NCBI RefSeq assembly: GCF_963506605.1 | Contig: NC_083276.1 | Coordinates: forward strand, 32,984,001 to 33,048,000 | Origin: Zootoca vivipara | Lineage: Eukaryota | Reading direction: 5' to 3' | Length of the DNA stretch: 64,000 bases | Shown here: positions 13,798 to 28,414 of the stretch, in pieces | Position numbering within the stretch: the first letter of the stretch is position 1 | Layout: every line of letters starts with the position of its first letter | Position numbers and translations under genes: made by a program | The notes under the pieces: model-generated | Seen by the model: the letters and a program-made list of their open reading frames with translations, nothing else | Database searches by the model: none | Told to the model about the DNA's origin: nothing

Positions 13798-14189
13798 CAG
13801 GGGTCAGCAAACTTTTTCAGCAGAGGGCGGTTCCACTGTCCCTCAGACCTTGTGGGGGGCCGGACTATATTTTGGAAAAAAATATGAACGAATTCCTATG
13901 CCCCACAAATAACCCAGAGATGCATTTTAAATAAAAGGACACATTCTACTCATGTAAAATCACCAGGCAGGCCCCACAAATAACCCAGAGATGCATTTTA
14001 AATAAAAGGACACATTCTACTCATGTAAAATCACCAGGCAGGCCCCACAAATAACCCAGAGATGCATTTTAAATAAAAGAACACATTCTACTCATGTAAA
14101 AACATGCCAATTCCCGGACCGTCCGCAGGCCGGATTTAGGTGGTGATTGGGCCGCATCCAGCCCCCGGGCCTTAGTTTGGGGACCCCTG
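13798..14189. mobile_element. Non-autonomous hAT element with an internal 71-bp tandem repeat
   Basis: CAGGGGTC...GACCCCTG ends; 8-bp TSD CTGTAGAA; repeat units start at 13901, 13972, 14043. Confidence 0.9.
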
Positions 14190-14532
14190 CTGTAGAATGA
14201 ATTATAGGAAACCACGGGGCCCTAAAACCCAACTAGGCTCCCTTTATGCTGCAAGAGAAAACTATTACTTAGGGATAGTATGCCCCCCCCCAAAAAAAAT
14301 CATTGTTGCACAAAGTACTTTAATGAATAAAAACAGAGTTGTGCTACTTGCAAAACTGAGCTACGTTTCAAATCAAAGATGTTGCTTCCTTCTAAACAGG
14401 CTAAACCTGTGTGTTCTAGCCTGACTGCAGACTTTATGCCCAAAGCTCATGATTAGGACAGGAATGCTTAAACAAATTGAATGTGGGAATTCCCTCCAGG
14501 CTCTAATCAGAAATGCAACATTTAACCATGGG

Positions 14533-14612
14533 ACCAAGTAAGTTTGTCATGAAGGAATTTTTTTATTTGTTTCGACTACATCAGACCAACACGGCTACCT
14601 ACCTGTAACTAA
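14533..14612 (+). mobile_element. 80-bp Penelope-like fragment
   Basis: CAGACCAACACGGCTACCTACCTG end; flanked by 13-bp direct repeat ATTTAACCATGGG. Confidence 0.6.
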
Positions 14613-15354
14613 ATTTAACCATGGGTAATTGCTGCTCAATAAGTAGGCAAAATTTGCAAAACTAGGTTGAGTTTCATATATACTGCATTTTTAATGGAAA
14701 ACATTCTTCCACACTGGTTAATGCTGCTCTTTGACTCCTATGATTTTTTAAAATAATCTTTTGAGTCCTCTCAAGAAGCAAACTGCTCTGAGCAGAATTA
14801 TGAAGGCTAAGATCAGCAAAATGAGCAGCTTTCATCATTTTATACACATCACCAAGCTACACACTAGATAAACTGGTTGGACAGCAACATTTAATTGCCA
14901 CTTGTGAATTCTATATGGGTGTCAAACAAAGGGTGATTTACAGAATGTCATTTGGAGAACAGATAATTAGTGGAGGAAACTTACAGTACTGTCCACATTA
15001 AACAAGTGTGTGAAGAAGCCCAGATAATGCTGAGCAATACACTTCATATTTCAGGTTTTTGTATTGCTCATCAAATACAGTACTAGTACTGTGCACTGTT
15101 CACTTAGGACGAAGGGTTATTTCTACTTCAACATCGTTTGATAACTAACAGTGTAGCTCACAATTGCCTCAAGCTGTTACAGTAGCAGAAGAGATTAAGA
15201 AGTGGAGGAAGAAGGAAAAAGGAGTGGAAATGAATACCTGGATAACAGGCCAGTAGTTCCATGTTCTGAATGCAGTTTAGAAATACATTGCTGTTGAGAT
15301 GACGTGTAACAGGACTGTAGAAGTTAAGAGCTTTAACGAAATACACTTGGGAAT

Positions 15355-15444
15355 CATAGCTGCCAAGTTATCCCTTTTTTAAAGGGATTTCCCCTTATGC
15401 TGAATAGGCTTCCTCGCGAGAAAAGGGAAAACTTGGCAGCTATG
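15355..15444. mobile_element. Second copy (inverted) of the 90-bp MITE
   Basis: Reverse complement of 9857-9946; 8-bp TSD TTGGGAAT. Confidence 0.88.
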
Positions 15445-15481
15445 TTGGGAATAGCCAGCGTATACAAGAGAGAAAATTACG

Positions 15482-15647
15482 ACGTTTCCATGTGCTGCTC
15501 TGGTTTGCCAGAAGCAGCTTTGTCATGCTGGCCACATGACCTGGAAGCTGTACGCCGGCTCCCTCGGCCAATAATGCGAGATGAGCGCGCAACCCCAGAG
15601 TCGGTCACGACTGGACCTAATGGTCAGGGGTCCCTTTACCTTTACCT
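15482..15647 (+). mobile_element. 5'-truncated Sauria SINE
   Basis: 3' half with CCTTTACCTTTAC tail. Confidence 0.85.
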
Positions 15648-17588
15648 ATCCTAGTACTAAAAGAAAGCAGTATTAACACGGCAAAACAAAAAACAAGGAT
15701 GGGGTGATTAGCTTTGGTAAAACTGCATATACTGTACTTAAATTACTGTTTTAGGTTTGAACAGCATCCTTGGGTATATCACAGATAAACTGGGCAGGGG
15801 GAAGGGGACAGTGATACTTTAACTGCAAACCTATTATCTTGAGAGTAAGCCCCTTAGCAATCAATATACTTCAAAGTAGGATTGCACCATCCACTATTTT
15901 AAAGACTCACTTATATTAACATGATTTATAGGTTTTTTAACACGTAAGTAAACTTGAGAACTGTGTTCATAAAAAATGGTGGACTTCCTTAAAAACTGCT
16001 TGTTGTTAAGAAATAGCAGCTGCGATAACAAAGATGGGGGCCTCCTGGTCCAGCTAAAGAGAATTGGAAAGCAATTAAAGCAAAAACTGGGGGGGGGGGA
16101 TCTGTTGCATGACTAAAGAAAACATGGGAAACAGTACTGATATGGCAAAACTTAAGTCACCTGACAAAATAAACAAGGGAAAAATATGGTTTTAATTATT
16201 TGGTTCCATTTAGAATTAAGGTATGAATAAACTGCAGGGTTATTTTGAGTTAAGCATCTTGTGGTTATAAGATAGTTCCATTTGTGATTCATACGTTATG
16301 CATTCGAAGTTGTTGTATTTGCCTTATTAACAGTAATCAAATATGGTTACATATTGGTAACTGGAAAGTTTTAACACTTGTTAAATTTGTTTGGCTTTTA
16401 AGGTGCCTCAGAACTCGCTTTTGTATATTCTGAAACCAAAATCATGCCATGCATCTGAAACACCGAGAACGTATTAGCTTTATCGCAGTCTAGACTTTTA
16501 TACTTCACTAAAAACATGTATATAACTGTAGTGTGTTTGGTTTCCTGTCAGTCAATAGTGTTCATATCATACATTTCTAAAAGATTCAAAAGCAACCACA
16601 CCCTGACAGATTTGCATTAAGTGGCTTTGAGAAGACTTGCCGTAAAATGGTAATAAAAATTGGTAGCTGTGAAGGTTCATGTCAGTGAAACTTGACAGGG
16701 TCAGCAAATTAAATCCTTTATTAGGACCAAATATTGTAATGTGGAGATTCTCACATTATACAGAACTTCCTAAAGCTACATGGTTAAAAAAAGAAGGCAG
16801 TTTAGGGGTGAAGGTGTGGTGTGAAACCTTTTTTTTGTAGTTCACTGCAGTCCTAAAATCATAATAGAATAGATTTATTGCAGCCTATTTTGGTTAAGTT
16901 TTTGCCTTGAGTAAATATCTCGTTACAGACTTGTACCAGGATGGAACAATTTTCTAAGGATTTTCCTTTGGAAATGCAAGATAGCAGTGGAAACTCACGA
17001 ATAAAATGTAAACCAGTAAAATATAGTACCAGTAAAATATAGTATGTTCATTCCTCCTCAAGAACCTGTTAATTACTTTGATGATTCTCTGAAAAGCTCA
17101 GAACCTTATCTCTTAATTCAGATTTTAAGTATGGGTTCATTGAACGCTTACTATACATAAAGGTTCACATTTTTATTGTTCTATTTTGCATGCCACTCTA
17201 TTTGGATGATTTTAACATTTAAAATTAGGGAAAAAAGCAAAGCAAAACACCTTAACTCAGTGAGGCTTATTTCCGAGTAGACAGAGATAGAATTGTTCTT
17301 TTGAGTTCTTTATTGCTAGCTCTGGAAAAGTTACAAGCTTTCCTGCCTAATGTCCACCAGCAGAGAAGCCATTACTCTTCAGCAGGCAGGTTTAAGCATA
17401 GTACATTCACTCCCCATTATCTCTGAAAGTACTTTCTCAAAGCTGCTACTTGTGGTTACTGTGGAACTGCTATTATACATAGCTATTATTCATAGCTATT
17501 AAACACTGTAAATCTAAACACAGCAACTAATGTAAGAAGGTTAATTGTTGAGCAATGAAGAAATGACAAAGCTTTCCAAAACCACCGT

Positions 17589-17594
17589 TTTATT
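17589..17594 (-). terminator. PSMA6: PSMA6 polyadenylation signal AATAAA
   Basis: First AATAAA ~127 nt after the stop, followed by a GT/T-rich stretch on the minus strand. Confidence 0.75.
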
Positions 17595-17720
17595 CATACA
17601 GAGTAAAATACATCAGATAGTGAGCATTCCATTTTCAGCCCATAATCCAGAGCCATTAACAAGTTGGTTTTCACCAGACATTCTGGCCTGAAGTCACAGA
17701 ATTAGGAATTCTAAATAGAG

Positions 17721-17778
17721 CTAATCTCTTTCTGCTAAAGCAACAAGGTGTGTATCAATCTCTGCTTCTGTAAGGATC
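17721..17778 (-). CDS. PSMA6: PSMA6 exon 7 coding part (RILTEAEIDTHLVALAERD*)
   Basis: cttttag acceptor, TAG at 17723-17721; exon sum 76+95+82+156+179+95+58=741 nt = 246 aa + stop. Confidence 0.98.
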
Positions 17779-18342
17779 CTAAAAGAGGAGTGAAAACAAA
17801 GGAAACTATTAATTTTTCGCCTCAAATAGCTCTATTAAATACATAATTAGAAAACTCAGTTGAGAAATGTTTTCATAATAAGAAATCTATTTTTGTGCTC
17901 TTGAAGGCCTTCATCAAAACATGCACATTTTATAAAACTGTTTTCTGGTACCTCAGATGTTTTACTTATTTTATTTTGTTTCTTTTGGTTTAGTCTCTAG
18001 CTTTGTGGTTTGCTTCACAGAAGTTTTGGAAACAGCAGCTGCCAAACTTTTCTGAAGCCTAGCACAATCACAAGGATGAGCCCCTTTACCAATCTCCCAA
18101 GTCTGGGAGGAGGACAGCAGGTTATCCCTGCAACTGCACTGGGCTTCATAGTGCTATGAAGCAGGAGGCTTGCTACTTCCAAGCATCTCTGAAGCCCAGT
18201 GGGATTTCTACTGAGATCCTGCTCTTCCCCAAGACAGGAGAGAAGCAAGGCCAGTGGCAGCCACAAATTATGGCTGTCTACTAAGCTGTGAAAACTTCCA
18301 CCCTTCAAAGCACTGATGAGCCACTTTTTTCTTGCTCTTAGT

Positions 18343-18478
18343 CAGGCATCCCCAACCTGTGGCCCTCCAGATGTTTTGGACTACAATTCCCATCAGCCTT
18401 GACCACTGGTCCTGTTAGCTAGGGATCATGGGAGTTGTAGGCCAAAACATCTGGAGGGCCACAGGTTGGGGATGCCTG
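18343..18478. mobile_element. Second copy of the same hAT MITE
   Basis: Near-identical to 10225-10360; degenerate TSD CTCTTAGT/CTTGTAGT. Confidence 0.88.
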
Positions 18479-18727
18479 CTTGTAGTGAAGAGTGTTCAAC
18501 GCACCAAGAAACTGTTAACAGTAGGGAGTCAGTTCTGTGTAATAATGAATTAAAACGGGCAAGTGCTGGTGTTTCTGTTAATGGTGCACCATGCTATACC
18601 TGGTTCAAGGCTGCAGATTCTCTTGACAGATGCCCTTATATTGTTACCACTCATGATGCTGGCATTGCAACACTTTTCTCTTGACAATCTCCCACTGCTA
18701 ATTCAGGGATGCTAATAATCTCTTTTA

Positions 18728-19088
18728 GGGACCCAGGTGGCGCTGTGGGTTAAACCACAGTCTAGGGCTTGCTGATCAGGAGGTCGGCGGTTCAAATCCC
18801 TGCAATGGGGTGAGCTCCTGTTGCTCAGTCCCAGCTCCTGTCCACCTAGCAGTTCGAAAGCACATCAAAGTGCAAGTAGATAAATAGGGACCGCTCCGGC
18901 GGGAAGGTAAACGGCGTTTCCATGCGCTGCCCTGGTTCGCCAGAAGCAGCTTTGTCATGCTGGCCACATGACCCGGAAGCTGTCTGCGGACAAACGCCGG
19001 CTCCCTCGGCTTATAGAGCGAGATGAGCACCGCAACCCCACAGTCGGACACGACTGGACCTGATGGTCAGGGGCCCCTTTACCTTTAC
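18728..19088 (+). mobile_element. Full-length Sauria SINE in PSMA6 intron 6
   Basis: Head to tail; TSD TAATCTCTTT at 18716-18725 / 19089-19098. Confidence 0.9.
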
Positions 19089-19146
19089 TAATCTCTTTAA
19101 ACCCTGTTATACTCCAGTTCTGAGCCAGTGGGCGAATTTAGCAGCG

Positions 19147-19486
19147 TGTGGGTTAAACCACTGAGCCTAGGGCTTGTTGATCAGAAGGTCGGCAGTTCGA
19201 ATCCCCGCGATGGGGTGAGCTCCCGTTGCTCGGTCCCAGCTCCTGCCAACCTAGCAGTTTGAAAGCATGTCAAAGTTGCAAGTAGATAAATAGGTACCGC
19301 TACAGCGGGAAGGTAAATGGGGTTTCCGTGCGCTGCTCTGATTCGCCAGAAGTGGCTTTGTCATGCTGGCCACATGACCTGGAAGCTGTACGCCGGCTCC
19401 CTCGGCCAATAACGTGAGATGAGCGCCGCAACCCCAGAGTTGGTCACGACTGGACCTAATGGTCAGGGGTCCCTTTACCTTTACCT
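19147..19486 (+). mobile_element. Second Sauria SINE, nearly full length
   Basis: Similarity to the other copies; ACCTTT tail. Confidence 0.88.
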
Positions 19487-19874
19487 ATAAACATTGCATA
19501 CCCTAGGAAGTGAAATATGAAAGGAACACAGCAGCTCCTCAAGTACTTGGCCACATCCCAAATAGCAGTTACAGGCACGTGTACTTATCCATTCAATCAT
19601 ATACAGTAAAATGAAATGTTCTGGAACTCCAGTGCAAGGGATGTTTATTCAAGGAAGTCATCCTATACGCGCAAGCACTTTTGCCTGCACAATAGGACTT
19701 CCCTTCCCTCTCCTCTTCCAGTCCTCCCCAATCTGTCCCGGAAGGTTTCATCCTGTGTGCCAACAGGATGACCACACTGGATGAAACCCTGAGGTCACAC
19801 CTAAACTTTCTCCTTAAGAGAATGAAATTTAGTTGTGCATAAGCAAAATGGGAAAGTTCTGCATTCACTCTTTA

Positions 19875-19970
<96 letters not shown>

Positions 19971-20962
19971 CTAGAATTGAAATATATAGGAGACATTAGA
20001 AACACAGCATATAAAATCAAATTTAAAAATACTTCTTTGACATTCAAAACTTATCTTTCTCTTCTAAATTCATGCCCTCTTTGTGCAAAACTGAATTAAG
20101 AATATTTCAAATGCTGCAGAGTTCTAGCACACTTTAAACTTCTTTGTTGAGGGGCTGTGAAGATGACTATGCCAACAGTCATTCCTTGCAGTTGGGATTT
20201 GTTAAGACAACTGTGTTTCTAGCAACGTTCAAAGCTAAAAGTCCGACACTGCAGTGTACTTAAAATTATTACTTTCCAATTTTAGAGTAGCCACTATAGT
20301 TGAGGGAAGGAGTGAGCCTTTGTGGGGTGAAGTCAAACTGTTTGAAGGCTGCATGTTGCTAATATAATGTTGTCAAAGCAGTGTTTGAGGAAGGCAAAAT
20401 CAGTCCAGAAAGAAGTGGGCATCTGAAGCACAAAATTCTTAAAAAAATTAATGTCACTGAGTATCAGCCCCACCAATCTATTGCTCAATTCACCCATGCA
20501 ACAACTGTGAGGCTAGTGCAGAGATGTGAAGAATGAGGGATGGTGGGAGGGAGACACACATTGAAAATGTGGGGAAAGATTTCCCCATTCCCTCTTCCCT
20601 ACACCACCCCAAAAGGATTTTAGAAGATTCTGCAGACAGAATGGCCCGCCTGAAAGAATTGCTGCCGTCAATGAGGACAGTACTAAACTAGATGGATCAG
20701 TGGTTTCATTCTGTTTGAGGCAGCTTCATTTATTTGTTCTTACTATTATGACTTTATGAACAGGTTGCAAAGCAGAAACCACTAACTTCTAGACTAGGAC
20801 ACTGGTTCAGCAACATAAGGCATGAAAATAACAGGCAGTTGGGGGTGGGGTGGGTTTTTTTGGCTTTTGCAGAGCAGACATGTGAAGTGTTAAGCAAACA
20901 TTTTGACAATAACCACAGAGAAGAACTAGAGGGGGGAATGTATGTCCCCCCCACCAAACTCA

Positions 20963-21271
<309 letters not shown>

Positions 21272-22987
21272 CTAGTCAATCTCTTATTACTCTAACGGGC
21301 AAAACATGCAGCATTCCACTTCAACAAATCCACTTGCCATGGACAGTGTGCAATAAGATCTCTGGTAAGGGTGATGCCTTAATCCCAGCTCCAAAGCTCA
21401 GAGGTAGGTGGGGAATGGTCCAGACAGTTGCTTGATGATTTTCACGAACCTCTGAGCTTCAGAGTTCGGATGAAGTCTGGGGGTTGTTTGGCAACTGCAT
21501 GGTCAAAGCATTCAGAAAAGGAGGCTCCAGAACAGCAAAAGTGGACAGGGGAAAGGTTGATTACTGCTCCTGTTAAGGGTTTGGGGCACCTTCAAGCAGT
21601 ACCTAATAGTACAGGTTTCTCAGCCTCTTTTCAGGAAAGGCATGCTGGGGGGTGGGGAGGGTTGTTGGGAGGCGCTGCATCCAAAATGGCATGTTCCCTG
21701 ATAGCTTTCCCTTCAGAAATGGTGTTGGGAGGTAGCATGACAGATGGGGACTAGTTTTTAGCTTGGCTAGCCAAGGACCGTGGACCTCCATGCACAACTC
21801 ATTAACAAATGGCTCACCTATATCTGCACAACAGACAATTCATTAATTGCATTAGATTGCAGGCCCAACTCTGCACTGTTATCAGTAGAGAAAGGGTCGT
21901 CTGCTTCTTAAACTTGATTGTTTATTTTGCAGGACCTAAACCCCATGATGCCAATTTTAAAGATTAAACTGTTTACTATTTTAGAACGTAATTTGAAATA
22001 TATTCCCTTTTTCAAAATAAGTTTTACTTAAAATGCAAACTTCCAAATTTGAAAAAGGGATAGGAACAAAACCAAATCTCTTCTTGAACATCTGCAAAGC
22101 ATCTTGCATTGCAATCCAATATTATTCGAAAGTAGAGATTGAGAAAAATGTAACTGCATTACATGGAAGTAACTTCCTTTCAGAGTGTCTTGCAACAATA
22201 TTATGGTACCTGAAACCAGATTCCTTAAGAGCAGGTACTTCCAAGAAATCAGTTTCTCAGTAAACAGGTCACACTGAAAGTACTTACGAGAATAAAATCA
22301 AAGTTGGATACAGTGTTTTTAAAACTGCTCAAATAATTAAAATCAATTTCATTTGATGCTTTTCAAATACATATCTATCAGTCACGACTAGGAGGTTGTG
22401 TAGAATATGTAGTATTGGCACAAGACATAAGCAAATCTGTTGCACAACCTAATAATCTCAAGGCAAATCTGAATAAAGGGAAGACTAAGTTAATGCTAGT
22501 TGGTAGGTCGCAAAATCTAGAGCAAAAACATCTAGCAGCAGGACCTAGTAACCTTGATGCATACGAAGATGCAGCATGAAATTCTTTTCACCAGTTCATT
22601 TGACAAGCAGATTGTACCTTCTCTTTTAACTCAGCTTCAGCAGATTAAACTATTGCCTTTGTAATCTTATGACTGTGCTGTTGTGCAATTTACAGGCAGC
22701 TAACCAGTGACAAATTGGAATGACCCTGGTTCCATTTTCCTCAGAGATACAAAGCATGAATATATGTTTGAGAAACAGTCTCCCTTCTTCAGTGAGATGA
22801 GTTTGTAGGTGAGATGAAGACACTGCTTCTGGGCAAAGGTATTAGGATTTTCCTATGAGGTTTAAGCTTTCCAGGTTTCTGTATTGATTGCCTTCAAATA
22901 CCATCATGAAAGAAATTCATGAGAACCACGGAGAACCACAATGGGGTTGAATTACACTTTGCTCCGTGCAGAAGCAGCATCTTCTCA

Positions 22988-23293
<306 letters not shown>

Positions 23294-23519
23294 TCAAGAA
23301 AAAAGCTATAGGCAACTACCCCTTTAAGCACATTCAATATGTGTGCTACAGTACACACATACATCACGCCGAACCCGGAAGTGACCCCAAAACATTACAA
23401 AAAGAGGCAGAATTGGGCATTCGTAGGCTTTTTTCAATGGTGTTTCAAATATACGTGATTTCACTTAAACATGTGGTGCCTTGGAACGTAACTCCCGTGT
23501 AAATTGTGAGTTGCCTGTA

Positions 23520-23740
23520 CAGTCGTACCTTGGTTTGTGAATGCCTTGCAACTTGAACATTTTGGCTCCCGAATGCCGCAAACTATTCCGGTTTGTGAAT
23601 GTTCTTTGGAACCCGAATGTCCGATGCAGCTTCCGATTGAGTGCAGAAAGCTCCTGCAGCCAATCGGAAGCCGTGCCTTGGTTTTCGAAAGTCGAACGGA
23701 CTTCCAGAAAGGATTCCGTTCGAGAACCAAGGTATGACTG
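23520..23740. mobile_element. Tigger-like MITE in PSMA6 intron 3, abutting another TA-flanked element (~23309-23517)
   Basis: TA-CAGTCGTACCTTGGTT...AACCAAGGTATGACTG-TA. Confidence 0.85.
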
Positions 23741-23965
23741 TACTTAAAATCTGAATACAAAACTAATTTGAAATATTTCTCTTACACCTCCTGTAGACTT
23801 GATTAATAAAATAATTTATACCACCCTCTCCCCTCCCAGGGATATCTGTGCAATATGCACAGGATGACAAGAAAGTTGCCCATTCAGAAATTGGTAAGAC
23901 TTGCTTACTTTTAGAGGCAGTACTAAATCAAATGCCTCTGGCTCATAACAATTTACTTGATATTA

Positions 23966-24127
<162 letters not shown>

Positions 24128-24717
24128 CTAATGGAGAAAGCCAAAGAATAGTTTTAAACATTCTACTCAGCCAAATGAAGGTTTCCACATTAAGAAAAGA
24201 AAAAGAACTAAAAAGTGTAATTGTCACTAACACTGCCTTCAAACAACATCAATATCCAGTACTATTAAGATGAAAATAACATGGTGCAATGGAAAGCCTG
24301 AATAACCCTAACTAGCTTCTCTCTCTCTTTACCCCTAAATACCCTGGCTGGTGACAGCCAGTCTGGGGTGGGAGTGGGAAGTGTTGACTGAGTTAGTCTA
24401 CGGTGGTTTGAACTCTTCATAAGGCTTTGATTGACACCAGGATCAATCTTGCCACCACTCAAAAGATTTAAGAAAGCAATGCCCAGTGCCCACTTTGGGG
24501 CTGTGCGTTCTGGACTGTGATACTCTGCAGTGGGAGTAGCCTTACCTAAGTGTGTTTTCCTAAGAATTCCAAGTCCAATTCTTTATAAGCCTACTTATAT
24601 GCTCCAGATAATTCTGGTACTTTTAAGTAACAAGAATAAACAGCAGAGGAGTTAATTATTAAGGATCACCAAGGAAGCAAGTTATCCAAGCGTATAATAA
24701 TAATAAAAAAAGAATCA

Positions 24718-24858
<141 letters not shown>

Positions 24859-25419
24859 TCAGGAGATTTGACAACAATGCTACGTAGCATATAGAAGCTC
24901 CCAAATGCAAACTCTGGTTACTCATCTTCAGTAGTACTTTATAGAAAGTGTTACACAGCTTGAAATCAAAGCGGGCATACATTAGGTTTTTTCATATTTC
25001 TATCTAAAGAGCATTTGACACAGCCAAACTCCTATAGTCTTACACCTCTTTCATTCCACAGTTATAAGATGTGTTTTTGTCCATACTACCAGATACTTGA
25101 GTTAACTTTGCAATGCTGGAGTGTCCTGCTGCTAATCGTCAAGTTCACTCTCTCTCTTCACTTCAGTTTTGCAAAACCATCTTGGAGTTTACTTTTGTTT
25201 TTTAAGCTGAAACCAGTTCCACTCCCCTGTCCCAATTATCGTAAATGTGCAACGAACAGGGTGATTTGATGCAAAAGAAATCAAGAGCGCTGAAACGTCA
25301 ATAGTTGTTAAGAGAGTGGAATATTCAGCAAGTGCAACTTCGTCATGAAAAGGCAAGCAATAATGCCCCCCCCTTCGCAAGCATTGGGGTGCATTCTCCT
25401 TTGAAGCAGACTCCTTTCG

Positions 25420-26210
<791 letters not shown>

Positions 26211-26436
26211 CCCTCCCAGTTCTAAGGCCTGCACAGTGTAAAGGACCATCAAAATATATGTCATAGTACGTGCCCATTTTAGTGAAGGTTTAAGGTTAGT
26301 CCCTTTTTAATGCCGCCTTATATTGTACTGTAGGCTGTTCGTTGAGCCCCATTGATGAAAATCAGAAGCATTGAACCAACCACCCCTTCTCTGGTGTATA
26401 TTTCTTGGTGGCTCACTTCTTGGTAAAATGTGGTGG

Positions 26437-26591
26437 TGGTTGTTTAGTCGTGTCCGACTCTTCGTGACCCCATGGACCAGAGCACGCCAGGCACTCCTGT
26501 CTTCCACTGCCTCCCGCAGTTTGGTCAGACTCATTTTGGTGGCTTCGAGAACACTATCCAACCATCTCGTCTTCTGTCGTCCCCTTCTCCT
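26437..26591 (-). mobile_element. BovB 3'-end fragment between PRORP and the PSMA6 promoter
   Basis: Matches the 3' end of 41307-42263; probable TSD TGTGGTGG (26429-26436 / 26592-26599). Confidence 0.85.
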
Positions 26592-26907
26592 TGTGGTGGG
26601 ACCCTGCAAATGGCATGTATATAACCCGAAAGTCCTCCACCGCCTCTAGTAAAACAGTAGTAGCAGCAGCAGCAGCAAGTCACAGAGGTCCCCAACTGAG
26701 AACTTGGGAGAATATGGGCAGTACTACTAAAGTAAGTGGGTAACACTTTCTTCATCATAAACAAAGAAATATTGGTGCAGAGAAGCACCTGTGCAGAGTT
26801 TCTGGGAAAGAAGTCATCAGAACAAAATGTCTGAAATAGACACATTGGTAAAAATCAGGAATCTTTTTTTAACACAGAAATCAAAAATCAAAGATGAAAT
26901 AATTTTT

Positions 26908-27062
26908 TTTATTTTAAAATTGGTTATATAATATTCTCCATTTCCAATACATTATAGAAATAATAAAATATGAGTTGATAAGTTTCCGGGATTCGATCAA
27001 ATGTAGGTCTCTTGCAACAGAACATGAATTCCATAATAGGTACATTAAGTATCTGCTTTATT
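26908..27062 (-). terminator. PRORP: Candidate PRORP poly(A) signals AATAAA at 27057-27062 and 26908-26913
   Basis: Two AATAAA after the stop (a third overlaps the stop codon); the distal one is followed by a T-rich tract. Confidence 0.55.
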
Positions 27063-27110
27063 TGAGACAACAGTGCCATGTGTACATTTTTGTTTGGAGA
27101 AATGCATCCT

Positions 27111-27239
27111 TTATTTCTGTTGAAGACAAAGCCATTTTGTAGGCACTTCATAAGAAGATCTTTCCAAGATGTTGTCATCATAGGGAATATGCCATGTGTT
27201 ACCTGTAGTCTGTACGATTGTATCATAATTAAATACAGA
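27111..27239 (-). CDS. PRORP: PRORP terminal coding exon ([42 protein letters not shown])
   Basis: WHIP and WLC zinc-site motifs; taatag acceptor; TAA at 27113-27111. Confidence 0.96.
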   Translation of the reverse strand, partial: SVFNYDTIVQTTGNTWHIPYDDNILERSSYEVPTKWLCLQQK

Positions 27240-27549
27240 CTATTAAGTAAAAAAAGAGAAATAATTGTTAGTTTTTACTTCCTATAAAAGGTATGTGTTG
27301 CATTTCCCAACATACATTCACAGATATGTTTGGTAAACAGAATAGGTACTGTGGGAATAAAATCCCAAAGAAATTATTTTGGGGGGTGGCCAGTAAATAT
27401 TACACCCACTCCACATTACCAACTTAATCCACCAATGTTATAATTTAATCATATTTTAAATCAGTTTATTATTCTGTGATGATCACATGCAGCCATTTGC
27501 CATTACTAGAACTAAATCAGCAGGAGGAGTGCATTAAAATAAGAAATAC

Positions 27550-27745
27550 CTCAAACTTTATCCTCTTTCCTGGTATGTAGTCAGATAGCACCATCTGATG
27601 TCCCCGCTGCCATTTAAAGAACAGCCGTCGAGTTAGACTATCAGAGAGACAAGCCTTATGATCACGTAACAGATCTCTGGTAACAAATCTACAGTGACTT
27701 CCTGAGTGAAGAGTGGCATAGAGCAGGAATGGATCGTCTTCAGAC
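27550..27745 (-). CDS. PRORP: PRORP exon, 196 nt ([65 protein letters not shown])
   Basis: Catalytic SEDDPF and TRDxxRDH motifs intact; tttaaag acceptor, GTATTT donor. Confidence 0.96.
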
Positions 27746-28092
27746 CTTTAAAAAGAAGGTGGAACATCACACACTGCTAAACTGCTCAGGAGCTCATTTA
27801 AACTGTGTTCTCATTTGTTAATTATGAAGTTACTAAGCTGTTGACCCTTTCCTATCTACATTTTTAACATCCACATTTAAGAAAATAGTATTTTACATTT
27901 AAAAATAGAAAACCATTGTCCTCCTTTCAATATAATCTGATACAATATAAGCTTGCAATCTAAAATAACTATCCAAACCAAAACACAAATGTAGCTAATT
28001 CTAAGTAGGAACTATCTTTCATCTATCAGATATAAACATAAAATAAAATAAAATAATTCCTTCCAGTAGCACCTTAGAGACCAACTAAGTTT

Positions 28093-28414
28093 GGCTTGCC
28101 AATCAGAAGGTCGGCAGTTCGAATCCCCGCAACGGGGTGAGCTCCCGTTGCTCAGTCCCTGCTCCTGCCAACCTACCAGTAGCAGTTTGAAAGCACACAG
28201 TGCAAGTAGATAAATAGGTACCGCTCCAGTGGGAAGGTAAACAGCGTTTCCATGCGCTGCTCTGGTTTGCCAGAAGCGGCTTAGTCATGCTGACCACATG
28301 ACCTTGAAGCTGTACGCCGGCTCCCTCGGCCAGTAAAGTGAGATGAGCGTCACAACCCCAGAGTCGTTCACGACTGAACTTAACGGCCAGGGGTCCCTTT
28401 ACCTTTACCTTTAC
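28093..28414 (+). mobile_element. Sauria SINE (slightly 5'-truncated) abutting a Penelope-like scrap (~28043-28092)
   Basis: Similarity to the other copies; (CCTTTA)n tail. Confidence 0.85.

Noticed and set aside
13900-14101. Regularly spaced repeats resembling a CRISPR array
   Set aside because: No unique spacers, eukaryotic context, inside a hAT element
1-17500. NFKBIA or other coding exons downstream of PSMA6
   Set aside because: No ankyrin-repeat or other recognisable coding exon seen; region appears intergenic
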